The position numbers were made by a program, and so were the translations under genes. A stretch of 64,000 bases of DNA from Octopus sinensis (lineage: Eukaryota). The notes beneath the pieces are model-generated. The model did no database searches. It worked only from the letters and a program-made list of their open reading frames with translations, and was not told the DNA's origin. Numbering within the stretch: the first letter of the stretch is position 1; every line of letters begins with the position of its first letter. Below are positions 23,925 through 36,611 of the stretch, in pieces. The stretch lies in NCBI RefSeq assembly GCF_006345805.1, contig NC_042997.1, positions 186,496,001 to 186,560,000 on the forward strand. The letters are read 5' to 3'.

Positions 23925-24645
23925 AGTGGCGTTGTTGCTGTTGTTGTCGCTGCTGTTGTTGCTGTTGTTGTTGTTGTGATGGTGGTGGTGGTGGTGGTGG
24001 CGGTGGTGGCGGCGGCAGCGGTGATGGTAGTGGTTGTTGTTGTTATGGTTATGGTAGTGGGTGGTTGGGGGTGGTGATTCTGATGGTTGTGGTGGTGGTT
24101 ATGGTGGTGGTGGTTGTGGTGGTGGTGATGCTAGTAATGGTATTGATGATTATGGTAATGGTGGTGGTGTTGGTGTTGGTGTTGGTGATGGTGGTGGTGG
24201 TGGTGGTAGCGATGGTGGTGGTCATCGTCGTTGTTGTCGTAGTGGTGGTGGTTATGTTGGTGGTGGTTATGGTGGTAGTGGCGGTGGTTATGGTGGTGGT
24301 GGTGGTGGTGGTGGTGGTTATGGTGGTTATGGTGGTGGTGGTGGTGGTGGTGGTGGTTATGGTGGTTATGGTGGTGGTGGTGGTGGTTATGATGGTAGTG
24401 GTGGTGGTGGTGGTGGTGATGGTTATGGTGGTGGCGGCGCTGCTGCTACTGTTGTTAGTCTTTAGTCATGTTGATGATGATATGCAACTGGGACGGTATT
24501 GATAGTTCGGGTGGTGGTTGTGGTGATTGGTTGTGGCGGTGGTGGTTCTAGCCGCTTTGGAACGTAATGTGGGGTGGGCATGGTGCACGATACTGGTTAG
24601 ACGGGGATAGTGATTAAGCTAGTGGTGTCAGTAGTAGTAGTAGTT

Positions 24646-24676
<31 letters not shown>

Positions 24677-24760
24677 AAGTAGTAGTAGTGGTGGTTGTGG
24701 TGGTGGTGGTGGTGGTGGTGGTGGTAGTTGTTGTTGTTGTTGTAGTGGTGGTGGTGGTAG

Positions 24761-24793
<33 letters not shown>

Positions 24794-24806
24794 TGTGGTG
24801 GTGGTG

Positions 24807-24849
<43 letters not shown>

Positions 24850-24878
24850 AAGTAGTAGTAGTGGTGGTTGTGGTGGTG

Positions 24879-24922
<44 letters not shown>

Positions 24923-24968
24923 GGTGGTGGTGGTGGTGGTGGTGGTAGTTGTTGTTGTTGTTGTAGTG

Positions 24969-25021
<53 letters not shown>

Positions 25022-25045
25022 TGTTGTAGTAGCGGTGGTGGGGGG
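23925..25045. repeat. (GGT/GTT/GTA)n degenerate trinucleotide tracts
   Basis: Direct inspection. Confidence 0.92.
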
Positions 25046-25399
25046 TCATCTGTGTCATTACTGTCGTCATAGAGGTTGTTGTATTGTTGTTGTTGCTGCT
25101 GCTGTTATTAGCTCTGATGAAAGACTTTCTGGACGTGACCATCACATCTTTTATTTGGACATAGTGGACACCGGACCACAATTTCCTTAATGTCCCATTT
25201 TTTAAAAAGATGCTGTGGTATGATTTAAGGGAGATTATGTTACCTTTTCTAACAGGTCAAGATCCCTTATTGACTCGCCGTAATAGAGTTAGTAATAGAT
25301 TCGATAGTGGGGTGGGTGATAGAGGTGATGGTAGCAGGAGGGGCTTACGGTGGTGGAAGGAATGGCTACGGTGATGACAGGGGAACTAGAGGTGGTGGC

Positions 25400-25760
25400 A
25401 GCATCAGCGGCAGGATTGGCGGCAGCGGCGGCAGCGGCGGCAGCGGCGGCAGCGGCGGCAGCGGCGGCAGCGGCGGCACCGGCAGCAGTGGCAGCAGCGA
25501 CGTAGTGGTGTAAGCGAAAGGGGGCAGCATCAGCGGCTGCAGTGTTAGTTGAGGTGTTGGTCATAACGGTGGTGGTGGTGGTGGTCCTCGTGGTCGTGGT
25601 GTGGTGGTGGTCGTGGTGGTGGTCGTGGTGGTCGTGGAGTGGTGGTGGTGGTGGTTGTGATGGTCTTGGTGGTGGTCGTGTTGGCAGTGATGAGTGTGGT
25701 GATGGTAGTGGTGGCGGCGGTGGTGGTGGTGTCAGTGGTGCTGGCAGTGGTAGTGGTGAC
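25400..25760. repeat. (GGCAGCGGC)n and (GGT)n tracts
   Basis: Direct inspection. Confidence 0.9.
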
Positions 25761-26902
25761 TGGCTGTTAGGAATGGAGTGCTAAAATGGTAAACCCCAGC
25801 ACCAACACCAACACCACCAACAGAGTTCCTTAGAATAAGGAAAATGTGAAGTCCGGGGATGTTTTCATCAGGGGAGGATGGATTTTTGGTAAAAGGACCA
25901 CAAGGGAATGACAGAATTCTTCTAGAAATACTTCCTTTATCTTCCTTTACTATCTTTATTTCTATTTTTACCATTATTCTTTATATTTATTTTTTATCTT
26001 GCGCCTCTCTCTCTATATATATCTATCCTTTTGTCTGTCTTTCTGTCTTTCTCCCTTTTACTCTCTTATTATTTCTCTCTCTTTCGCTCTTTTATTAGTC
26101 ATATTTTTCAGTCTCTTTTTCCCTCTTACCATAATCACTAACGTACAAACACAGACACACCACAATACAAGCATACACAGACACACACACACACACACAC
26201 AAACAAACAAAATACGACATACACATACACACATATACATAAATGCATTCAGTTATAAAACATACACACACATACATAACTATATAACTACAAACCTACA
26301 CAGAAATGTGGATATGATATCATATCAACAAAACAAACCCTGGTATGTATTTAAACATCTTAAACTGTTATATTCTCCCAGCAGAACAACACTCAGAGGC
26401 AGATATTATTTCTAGAGTTGATATATGTAAAGCGACCGTTTCGTTCTTTTGTCCGTTCCTCATCGATTTTCATTTTTTTTTTTTTTTTTGCAAACCTCTG
26501 GTAATGTTAACAATCGCTTTGTATGATGTGATGAAGCGAGTGTCTTTAATTCAACAACGGCTGACTGAGTGACTAGCCAACAAAGCATTTCAATGTCTCG
26601 CGAGATGACTTGTAGCTAAAATTCCATTTTTTTTAATGTGAGATACTTGAGATCCGTTCTTCTGGCTTGCTTACTACTTCAATTCCATACAACCATACAA
26701 AGTCACAGGACCGATATTGGGTTGTTGCTCTTAGTGGTTAAATATTCAATATATCACCGAGATGAATTAAGGCTGTAATAATTAGTTTCATATGTATGTA
26801 TGAACATACATACATATGTATGTATGTACCAACACTGCCATGTGGCACGCTCAAACAATTGTGAAGTATATATTATATTTATATATATATATATATACAC
26901 AC

Positions 26903-26929
<27 letters not shown>

Positions 26930-26935
<6 letters not shown>

Positions 26936-27075
26936 CAAGATTATCAGCCGAAATTGCTAAGATGATCTGGTTCTTGACTGATGACTGAGGGCTTTTCGAA
27001 TGTCCCGCCTGTGGTTCTTGTGTCGTCTCTGTGGTGTTTCATGTTCTTGTCCATGTCTGTAATTAATTTTACTGT
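26930..27075 (+). mobile_element. Family I element fragment in (TA)n
   Basis: TCAAGATTATCAGCCGAAATTGC...TCTTGACTGATGA...TTCGAATGTCCCG matches the minus strand of 8442-8770. Confidence 0.6.
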
Positions 27076-27137
27076 TTACCTAATATATATAATATATATA
27101 TATATATATATAATATATATATATCATATACATATAC

Positions 27138-27249
<112 letters not shown>

Positions 27250-27430
27250 CGCGACCGATGCTACACATCGCTGGTAACAATGCGTGTCGAATTGTTTAAG
27301 CCTTCGAATGACGCCGCCCCGCTGGCTAAGCAGTGAGAGAAAGAGTGGTGAAAAAGTACAGCAGGGATCACCATCCCCTGCCGGAGCCCCGCGAGTCCGC
27401 TGCCCTAACCACTGGGCCATTGCGCCTCCA
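27250..27430 (-). mobile_element. Internally deleted family C SINE
   Basis: Retains GCTACACATCGCTGG...GACGCC.CCCCGCTGGCTAAG and the head ...CCACTGGGCCATTGCGCCTCCA. Confidence 0.85.
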
Positions 27431-27957
27431 ACAATTCACAATAATGTCTTTTATTACTTTTATTCCTACCTCAGTTCGTCTAATTTTATATATGTATCGT
27501 TACTTTTCATAAAAAGCCTTTACTTTTTTTTATTTCCATTTTGCATTCTGGCTTATTTTTCTTATAACTTTCCCCTTACATTTCCACGTGTAGTTTCTAT
27601 TTTCTTTTTGTAACATTTTTCTATTATATATATATGGGTGAGGGTTAACAAAGCAACTAATGGTTTTATGCAAAAAGATCTTCACAATTGTTTAAGCGTG
27701 CTACATGGCAATGCTGTACTTGGCTCGCTTTCTCTCTATATATATAGATTCAGATGAATATGGTACTTAAGTTGAGACACCAGAATTTAGTACGGTATTA
27801 TCCATACAATTTCAAAATAAGGTGATTAAAATCAAAATAAGCAACAAGGATATCCAGAGGTAATGCAGTACGATCGTTTCACGTAAGTCCATTTAATTGA
27901 GCAATGCAACCATTACATCAATTTAAATGCATACATATATGGCTGGCTATGTGTGGA

Positions 27958-28410
27958 GGTGCAGGCGTGGCTGTGTGGTAAGAAGCTTGCTTCCCAACCA
28001 CATGGTTCCGGGTTCAACCCCACTGTTTAGCACTTTGAGCACGTGTCTTCTACCATAGCCTCAGGCCGACCAAAGCCTTGTGAGTGGATTTGGTAGACGA
28101 AAACTAAAAGAAGTCCGTCGCATGTGTGTGTGTTTGTCCCTGACACCATCGCTAGACAACCGGTGATGGTGTGTTTACATTTTACCCTAATGTCACTTTG
28201 ATGGCATGCACTACTATCTCACCCAGTAATGATAATAACTATTTCTTAATTATTATCATTACTGAATGAGATCATGGAGGACAATATCGAACGACGATAA
28301 AAATAGACCGATAGAATAAGTACTAAGCTTACAAAAAATAAGTCCAGGGTCGATTTCTTCGACTAAAAAACACCCTCTAAGCCGGTGCTTAAACAAGTAA
28401 GAGAATAAAA
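27958..28410 (+). mobile_element. Degenerate, interrupted family B SINE
   Basis: Head GGCGTGGCTGTGTGGTAAG at 27965; tail GATAGAATAAGTACT...GGGTCGATT at ~28310-28360. Confidence 0.75.
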
Positions 28411-28456
28411 GAATATATATGGTGTGTGTGTGTGTGTGTATCATACATATATCATA

Positions 28457-28852
28457 GGCGTAGGAGTGGTTGTGTAGTAAGTAGCTTGCTTACGAACTAC
28501 ATGGTTCCGGGTTCAGTCCCACTGCGTGGCACCTTGGGCAGGTGTCTTCTACTATAGCCTCGGGCCAACCAAACCCTTCTGAATAGATTTGGTAGACGGA
28601 AAGACGGAAACTGAAATAATTCCCGTCGTATGTATATATATATGTGTGTGTGTGTGGTGTATCATACATATATCATAGGCGTAGGAGTGGTTGTGTAGTA
28701 AGTAGCTTGCTTACGAACTACATGGTTCCGGGTTCAGTCCCACTGCGTGGCACCTTGGGCAGGTGTCTTCTACTATAGCCTCGGGCCAACCAAACCCTTC
28801 TGAATAGATTTGGTAGACGGAAAGACGGAAACTGAAATAATCCCGTCGTATG

Positions 28853-28925
<73 letters not shown>

Positions 28926-28953
28926 GTGCGTGCGTGCGTGCGTGCGTGCGTGC

Positions 28954-28985
<32 letters not shown>

Positions 28986-29160
28986 ATGTTTGTGCGTCTG
29001 TGTTTGTCCCTCAACATCGCTTGACAACCGATGCGGTTCGTCAAAGAGACCGATAGAATAAGTACTAAGTTTACAAAGAATAAGTCCTGGGGGTCGATTT
29101 GCAAGACTAAAGGCAGTGCTCCAGCATGGCCACAGTCAAATGACTGAAACAAGTAAAAGA
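28457..29160 (+). mobile_element. Family B SINE with a 221-bp tandem duplication of flank+head+core
   Basis: ATCATACATATATCATAGGCGTAGGAG at 28440 and 28661; the two copies are identical, including a private ACGGAAAG duplication. Confidence 0.9.
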
Positions 29161-29544
29161 GTTCATCATACATATATAGTGATAGACTTCCATCATATAT
29201 AAAAAAAATATACAGAAAACGAAAAGGAAAAATGGTTTAAAAACAATAGAAGCAACCTTTCCTGGTTTCAAATGACTCACCAAATAGTTACAAGGGTAAT
29301 GAGACAGTGGAGGAGGGAGGGTACCAAGTAGGGGGTAGGGTGGGGGTTAGAGTAGGGTAGGGTGGGATGAACGGGGCGGAGGGATAAATTGGTGCTGGAT
29401 GGTGGCATAGGAGTGTTAGTGTAAGGTTCTGATGATGTGATGGTTGGTTGGTGGGTAGGTGGGGGTGATGGGATCTGATGCTGCGAGTGAATAACGGGAG
29501 GTGAGGAGGGGGGGTGGGAGGGGTTGATTTGTCCTTTCCAGGAC

Positions 29545-30100
29545 CGTCAGCTACCACCACCACTACCACTACAACCACCACCGCCACCACCACCACCACT
29601 ACCACCATTACCCCCACCAACACCGGTACTAACATCACACCCCCATCACCACCACTACCACCACCACCATCGTATACAACTATCACCACTATCATCATCA
29701 TCATCATCATCATCACCTCCGTCACCGCCACCGTCACCACTAATCATCCAACACCCAACACTACTTACTATAACCACTTCGCATCTATCTCTCCCCCCCC
29801 ACCACACCTCCCACCGCCAGCCCCGATTCCTAGCATCGGCCACCATTACCGCCAACACCAACGCTTCCGCTGCCACCTCCGCCGCCGCCGACACCTCCGC
29901 CGCCACCGCCGCCCTCGCCACCGTCACCGCCACAAGTCAATCTCCATCACCTCTGACGTCGCCGCATTCTCTGCACCGTGGGCTTCCACGCTCCGTCGTC
30001 TATTTCTTTCCTCCTCCTTCTCCTTCTCTTACCCCCCCCCCACCACCAATCATCTGTACTCGCGTGGCATGGCTTCTTCTTTTGTCTGGGCGAAACTAAT

Positions 30101-30131
<31 letters not shown>

Positions 30132-30400
30132 TGACGACGACGATGACGACGACGACCAAGAAGAAGAGAGAAAGACCAAACAAACAGAAGAGGATTTAAA
30201 TATCAACGGCTGTGAAATTTAAAGAAAATAATTACCCACTACCACCACCACCACCACCACCATCAACACCACAATTCATGATACCAATCATCACAAGCAT
30301 CATCATCATCATTATACTGTGACAATCAGCATCACTTATACCATCGGCACCACCAACACCGCCACCATCGATTGCATTACTACTACCACTACCACCATTC
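29545..30400. repeat. (CAC/CAT/CCG/AAC)n low-complexity region
   Basis: Long stop-free frames arise from the repeat composition. Confidence 0.85.
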
Positions 30401-30479
30401 TTATTATCGTCCTTCGATATTGTCCTCCATGATCTCACTCAGTAATGATAATAATTAAAAAAATTATTATTATCATTAT

Positions 30480-31222
30480 TGGGGTAAAATGTACGAAGCA
30501 CCAATATACTCATGACTACCTTTCTGGTAAGGGTACACCAAGCACATTTATCACAACCATATGAGCCCGACATGGTGATCTCATATCAAGATAAACAGAG
30601 CAGACCTTGCAGATGGGGCCCAGTTAGAATTTTATTCAGTTGGGTTAGCCCATCCCGCTCAAAAGATCCCTGATTAAGGTCTATTTAAGGATGTTGAACG
30701 AGATACCCATGTTTCCAGAGTTGAACCATTCAAACTCCAAAGAATTCTTCTCAACACATGGCTATGATGCTCTCCCACTACTTCTGATCGTGATCAGAGA
30801 TGCACATATCGTCAGCCATTAAGAGACATGCTCTCAACTGGTTGAGGTCAAGCAACTGACAAAAAAATCTGTGGTATTGAGCAGAATATTTGCTTGTAGC
30901 CCATCTTTCATACCAAGGCAAAACATGATAACACTTCCAATCAGTTAAGATCAAAAGCCATGAGAAGGCGGCGAGCTGGCAGAAACGTTAGCACGCCTGG
31001 CGAAATGCTTGGCGGTATTTCGTCAGTCTTTACGTTCTGAGTTCAAATTCCGTCGCAGTCGACTTTGCCTTTCATCCTTTTGGGGTCGATAAATTAAGTA
31101 CCAGTTGCGTACTGGGGTCGATCTAATCGACTGGACACCCTCCCAAAAAATTTCCGGCCTTGTGCCTAGAGTAGAAAAAGATCAAAATCCATGAGAGCCC
31201 GTGCCTGGTACTGCATCAGAGC

Positions 31223-31292
<70 letters not shown>

Positions 31293-31310
31293 ATTATTAT
31301 TATTATTGCA
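30480..31310 (+). mobile_element. Probable non-LTR-derived repeat ending in a (TTA)n tail, interrupted by a SINE
   Basis: Unique body resumes after the SINE TSD and ends ...CTGCATCAGAGCAT(TTA)n at 31225-31310. Family not identified. Confidence 0.5.
30966..31178 (+). mobile_element. Family A' SINE monomer with 18-bp TSD
   Basis: GGCGAGCTGGCAGAAACGTTAGC...GAGTTCAAATTCC. TSD AGATCAAAA(G/T)CCATGAGA at 30948-30965 and 31179-31196. Confidence 0.92.
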
Positions 31311-32205
31311 TGGGATCACTCAAGATGCTAGAAAAACAAAAACGACAAATATCCTTTAAATATCGATATGGCCCCTGAAGGTCCATCTAAGATTTTTGGA
31401 ATCCACGCAACAAAAGTAAATTGAGGATCTACAAAAGTATTTTAAGGGCCCCTGAAAAAAATTTGCTTCCGATGTAAAACTGTTTCTTTCTCCAACATTT
31501 TACATAGTTCAACATACACAAGGGAATGTGTGAATAACAAAATAGGAATTTTAAAAGCAGTATCTATAAAACTTGTTTTTAGACATCGAATGGTTACGAG
31601 ATCTACCAAAATAAGATAGACATCAAAGAGATCAATAGATAAAAAAAAATGGTTGAGAATCCCTACTTTAAATAATACCGAACCGTATTTTACAAAAAAA
31701 AAAACAAAAAAAACATTGGAATATGTAGTTCTAAATACACGCGCGCAGATGATGGCCATGAGTGGAAGAGATTTGAACAAAGGGTTTTTTCAGTCTGATA
31801 ATTGGAGCATCCACATCATCATCATTTGTAACACCAACATCGACAACAAAAAGTCTGCGGGAGAACATCTCCATGGCTTTTTAGCCTGTTAGAAATAGGA
31901 GTTAAGCTTCTCTCGAGCCAAACCTTACTTTCTTAACCTAGACTCTATCTTGAAAAACAAAAGCAAAAACTACCATCACCACCAACATCAACATCGCCGT
32001 CAACCGAATGGTCATTGCTGGAATGTCTTTGGTCATTAATTGATTCGATTAAAGTCATCGACTTAAAGCTAACCATCATCATATTTCGTCCCCCAGTTAT
32101 GATAAACCTCGTAACGTCACTTAGAAACTTACGAGTACGACCGTAAATAACAAACCCAAGCCCTAAATTTCTAGCAATGACATTTGGACAGATCTTGCAT
32201 CTTTC

Positions 32206-32256
<51 letters not shown>

Positions 32257-32367
32257 TTATATGGGCCAATGAGAGGGAGAGCTTCAGCCAGCACAACGAT
32301 CTGGAGCTCAGAGAGCTAAAGAGAAGGCCCTGTGACAATTTCATGGATCACTTTCTAGATAATAAAT

Positions 32368-32770
32368 AAGGTCGTTTTGGGTTCAGTACCACTGCGCGGC
32401 ACATTGGGCAAGTGCTTTTTGTTATAAGCATTGGACCGACCAATGACTTGTGAATGAATTTTGAAGACGGAAATTGTGTGGAACCCCGCTGTGTGTGCGT
32501 GCGCGTGTGTGTGTCTGTGTGTCTGCGAGTTAGTGTGTGAGTGTGTATGTGTTTGTATTTATATTGTGCTTTACCCCTTAACACCACTGTTGGTTTGTTT
32601 ACGTTCTCATAACCTAGCGGTTCAGTGAAAGAGAGCAATAGAATAAATACCAGACTGCAAAACTATGAACTAAACAAAAACCCTAAGTACTAGAATCAAT
32701 TTGTTAATCTTTCAAAGCAGTACCCCAGCATGGCAACGATCCAATTACTGAAAATAAGTATAAAAGAGAA
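32368..32770 (+). mobile_element. Degenerate family B SINE
   Basis: GGGTTCAGTACCACTGCGCGGCACATTGGGCAAG, central TG tract, tail CCCCAGCATGGC...ACTGAAA. Confidence 0.75.
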
Positions 32771-32972
32771 AAGATAAGAGAAATAAATTAAAATTTCATT
32801 ATCTCTGAATTTTGAGACGACTCCTTATTCCAGAGCTCGAGTATAGTTTTATTCTGCAGTACCGAATTTCTCTGAGGTCTTTCTTGCCCGCCAGCCAGCC
32901 AGCCAGCTAAGGTCTCCAACGGACAGACGATGATTCTAGCTCACCTTTTGCTCTAAAGCATTCTCCAACATG

Positions 32973-33168
32973 TACGGGGAGAATTCACAAAAAAAAAAAA
33001 GACGAAGACAGGTGGTGTAGACAACAAACAGATGTATTAGTATAACGCTCGGGAAGTGAAAAAGTCTTTAACGTTTCGAGCCTACGATCTTCCACAGAAG
33101 GGAACACAGAAAGAAATAAGGAGAGAAAATAAAGAATGTGTAGTGACTAGCGATCTATCATGGCGAAT
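32973..33168 (-). mobile_element. Family F element (hammerhead-like motif at 33065-33102, core CUGUGGA)
   Basis: Homology to 14628-14834. Confidence 0.85.
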
Positions 33169-33210
<42 letters not shown>

Positions 33211-33519
33211 ACACACACCACACACACACGAAACATGAAGTAGATAAAACAGGGGACAACTGATGAAGGGAATGTTCTTTATGTTGCCTGTCTCGTCTCT
33301 CCATTTGTTTCTTTCGTTGTTCGGAAAAAAGTTCGTTTTCTATGATTTTGTTTTTATGTTCTCATTTCTCATTTTGTTCACGTTTTTTTACGTCCTGTAC
33401 CCATATATGCATGTATATATACATATGTATGTAGGTATGTACATATATGTATGTATATATGCATATATTTATATATCATATTATTTTAGTCTGGTATATA
33501 TATACATATACATATACAC

Positions 33520-33672
33520 ATAACAGGCTTCTTTCAGTTTCCAGCTACCAAATCCACTCACAAAGCTTTGTTCGGCCCGAGGCTATTGTAGAAAACACTT
33601 GCCCAGGCTACCACGCAGCAGGACTGAACCCGGAACCGTGCGGCAGCGAAGCAAGCTTCTTACCGCACAACC
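33520..33672 (-). mobile_element. Family B SINE head/core
   Basis: CAGGCTTCTTTCAGTTTCC...CTGAACCCGGAACC...CTTACC.CAC on the plus strand. Confidence 0.85.
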
Positions 33673-33989
33673 ACATCTACGCCTACTATGTTGATGGTTT
33701 TTACCCTATGAGCCATCACGTTTTTTGTGAGATAAAGTGGGGTGGGTTAACCTCCCAGAAACTTGCCTTGGTTCTGAATGAATTTTTACCTCTCATATTT
33801 TTTGTACCTTTTATGCGGGAGTACTCTATTACTGAATGGATGACATTTTTATGTCTCCAGTATGGCTACCAAAGCGGTGCTCCAGCATGGCCGCAGTCAA
33901 ATGGCTGAAAGAAGTAAAAGAATAGATACATAGATTCCTATGTAAGAATAGATACATAGATTCCTAATGAGCTCAGAAGAGGGTTTTCT

Positions 33990-34170
33990 CACCCGGAGGA
34001 CAATGACTCGGTCAGCTTGAAGCAAACCGATCGATATTTCGACATTGGATTTAAGCCGATCTTATGAAATCAATATTTTTCGTGTTCTCGTTGAGCCAGT
34101 TCTCTTGTATGGCTTAGAAACATGGGCAGTTCCTATATGAGGCTTAAGGCTAGATAACTGCAACGCCATT
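33990..34170 (+). mobile_element. RTE-clade RT C-terminal fragment
   Basis: IFRVLVEPVLLYGLETWAV matches the RTE/non-LTR LLYG.ETW motif. Confidence 0.75.
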
Positions 34171-34611
34171 AACTTCACTTCCGATGTCATTAACACCACC
34201 GGCACCGTTTGTAACGGCACCGCTACCACCACCACCATCACCACCATATAGATCATCCCACCTACCACCATCTACGCCACCATCCACTATCTACCTCCGC
34301 AACCGCCTCCACCATTTACACCACCAATTTTCCCCTATCTATTACACCTTCTATACATACCATCACCGCTTCCATTGTCTACACGACCACCCTTATCATC
34401 TGCTTCACCACCACCTCCAGCATCTATACCACAACCACCAGTGCAACTATGTTCACAACTCTACTACTCACTCCACTATTCACTAAAAACAAACCAAAGA
34501 AGGAACCTCTAAATGGGTCACTGGAGATGCTAGTAATAGCAGCCAAATCACCATCAGAGCATTCCTGTTGTCTTTAAAAAAAGCGCGAAGGAGGAATACA
34601 TTGGACATGTA

Positions 34612-35195
34612 ATACCTATTTCTTTACTACCCACAAGGGACTAAACACAGAGAGGACAAACAAGGACAGACAAACGGATTAAGTCGATTATATCGACCCC
34701 AGTACGTAACTGGTTCTTATTTAATCGACCCCGAAAGGATGAAAGGCAATGTCGACCTGGGCGGAATTTGAACTCAGAACGATGCGGCAGACGAAATACC
34801 TATTTCTTTATTACCCACAAGGGGCTATACACAGAGAGGACAAACAAGGACAGACAAACGGATTAAGTCGATTATATCGACTCCAGTACGTAACTGGTAC
34901 TTATTTAATCGACCCCGAAAGGATGAAAGGCAATGTCGACCTGGGCGGAATTTGAACTCAGAACGATGCGGCAGACGAAATACCTATTTCTTTATTACCC
35001 ACAAGGGGCTATACACAGAGAGGACAAACAAGGACAGACAAACGGATTAAGTCGATTATATCGACCCCACTGCGTAACTGGTACTTATTTAATCGACCCC
35101 CGAAAGTACGAAAGGCAAAGTCGACCTCGGCGGGATTTGAAACTTTGAACGTAGCGGCATTTCGCCCGGCGTGCTAACGATTCTGCCAAGCTCGC
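34612..35195 (-). mobile_element. Family A SINE trimer with partly deleted head
   Basis: Junctions at 34793 and 34977 (period 184). Confidence 0.92.
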
Positions 35196-35510
35196 CAATC
35201 TATAAAAAGACAGGGACGGTCATAAACTGGAGTATCTTTCGTGTAGTCATAGGATTTTTCAGTCATATCAGATCCGCAAAAATCACAGGAACGACAAGAA
35301 CGTCACCAACAATCACACGAGAAACCACCATCACAGCTGCCACTACTACCACTACCACCACCACCACCACCACCATCATTAACGTCATCTTCACACCATC
35401 AGAGATAATGTTTACGACATCGAGAATCGCGTCAACGATGATTATGATGAAAATCTTAATAGATCTATAGAAATAAATGAGAAATTAGATAAATATCTCG
35501 TCACCACATA

Positions 35511-35918
35511 TCTCTATATATACGAGATATTCGTATAAAGCTGAAGTTGTCTGTGTGTGTGGCAGGTTTGGTAGCCTTCAACTAACACTATCTCCTCCGA
35601 GACTCTGCGGCGCAAGTTGACCAAAATTGAAAGTATGATAGAAGAAGGCTTGCTCTTCCTTCCGTAGAAGAAAAAATTCAAATCGGATCATGTTAGCACC
35701 AAAAATTGTTTACATCAAAAAGGTGCTTTTTTTCTATAAAAATCCCTATTTTTTTACAATTTTTTGACTGCTGTGTCACCATTTTTCGGTGTATTTCAAC
35801 TGGAAAAATGTGAACTTAAAGAGAATAACAAGCTACATAATGCAAACTTTTTACTTTTCAAAAATTCCAATTCTAAAGGGTCGAAACAAACCCGAGCAAC
35901 GCCGGACGATACTGCTAG
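35511..35918 (+). mobile_element. Non-autonomous Helitron-type element (408 bp)
   Basis: Inserted between A and T. 5' TCTCTATATATA; 3' hairpin CCCGAGCAACGCCGG followed by CTAG (35915-35918); no TSD. Confidence 0.8.
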
Positions 35919-36344
35919 TATGTATATATTTAGAAACGAAACTGCCTTTCACAAAAACACTATCGCCAGTTAATCCCAGCATCCATAGATATAAGCAAGC
36001 CTCTGTTTATTCATCCTTAACCAACCAGCCAGCCAACCGACTAACCAACCAGCCAAACCAATCGCGATATTGGAGGCTAAACGACAACAACGATAACGAA
36101 GGCAAGAGTAGGAACAACCGCCGCAACGATCAATGACAAACCTTTCTCTTTGAGCCAACGAATGAGCCTCAACGAAATCGCACAGCCAGCCAGCTAGAAA
36201 TAGCAACTAAATCTAGCTCAACTCACGTAATCTGCCACCATCTTTGAATAATATATACAGCCGACATATTCGATAATGTAGTTGTGGATTCCTTGTAACA
36301 TGAATGGGAAAAGAGACTCTTTCTCTTAATCCATCACCAACACA

Positions 36345-36527
36345 GCCATATATATATATATAATATATATATAATAATATATATATATAATATAATATAT
36401 TATATATTATATATATATATATTATATATACATATATATAATTAATTATATATATATATATATATACGTATATATATATATATATATATAATATATATAA
36501 TATATATATTATATTTTATATATATGT

Positions 36528-36610
<83 letters not shown>
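36345..36610. repeat. (TA)n microsatellite
   Basis: Direct inspection. Confidence 0.95.

Positions 36611-36611
<1 letters not shown>

Noticed and set aside
24061-24465. Gly/Tyr-rich ORF (GGYGG repeats) resembling cephalopod suckerin or cuticle-type proteins
   Set aside because: Fully explained by a degenerate (GTG)n tract with single-base changes. No signal peptide, Ala/His modules or splice context.
25114-25120. CTGATGA box
   Set aside because: No downstream GAAA or compatible stems.
29514-30134. Two overlapping ~200-aa ORFs after a good acceptor at 29543
   Set aside because: Both frames are open because of trinucleotide repeats, with no domain or codon signal to choose one. Left unannotated as CDS.
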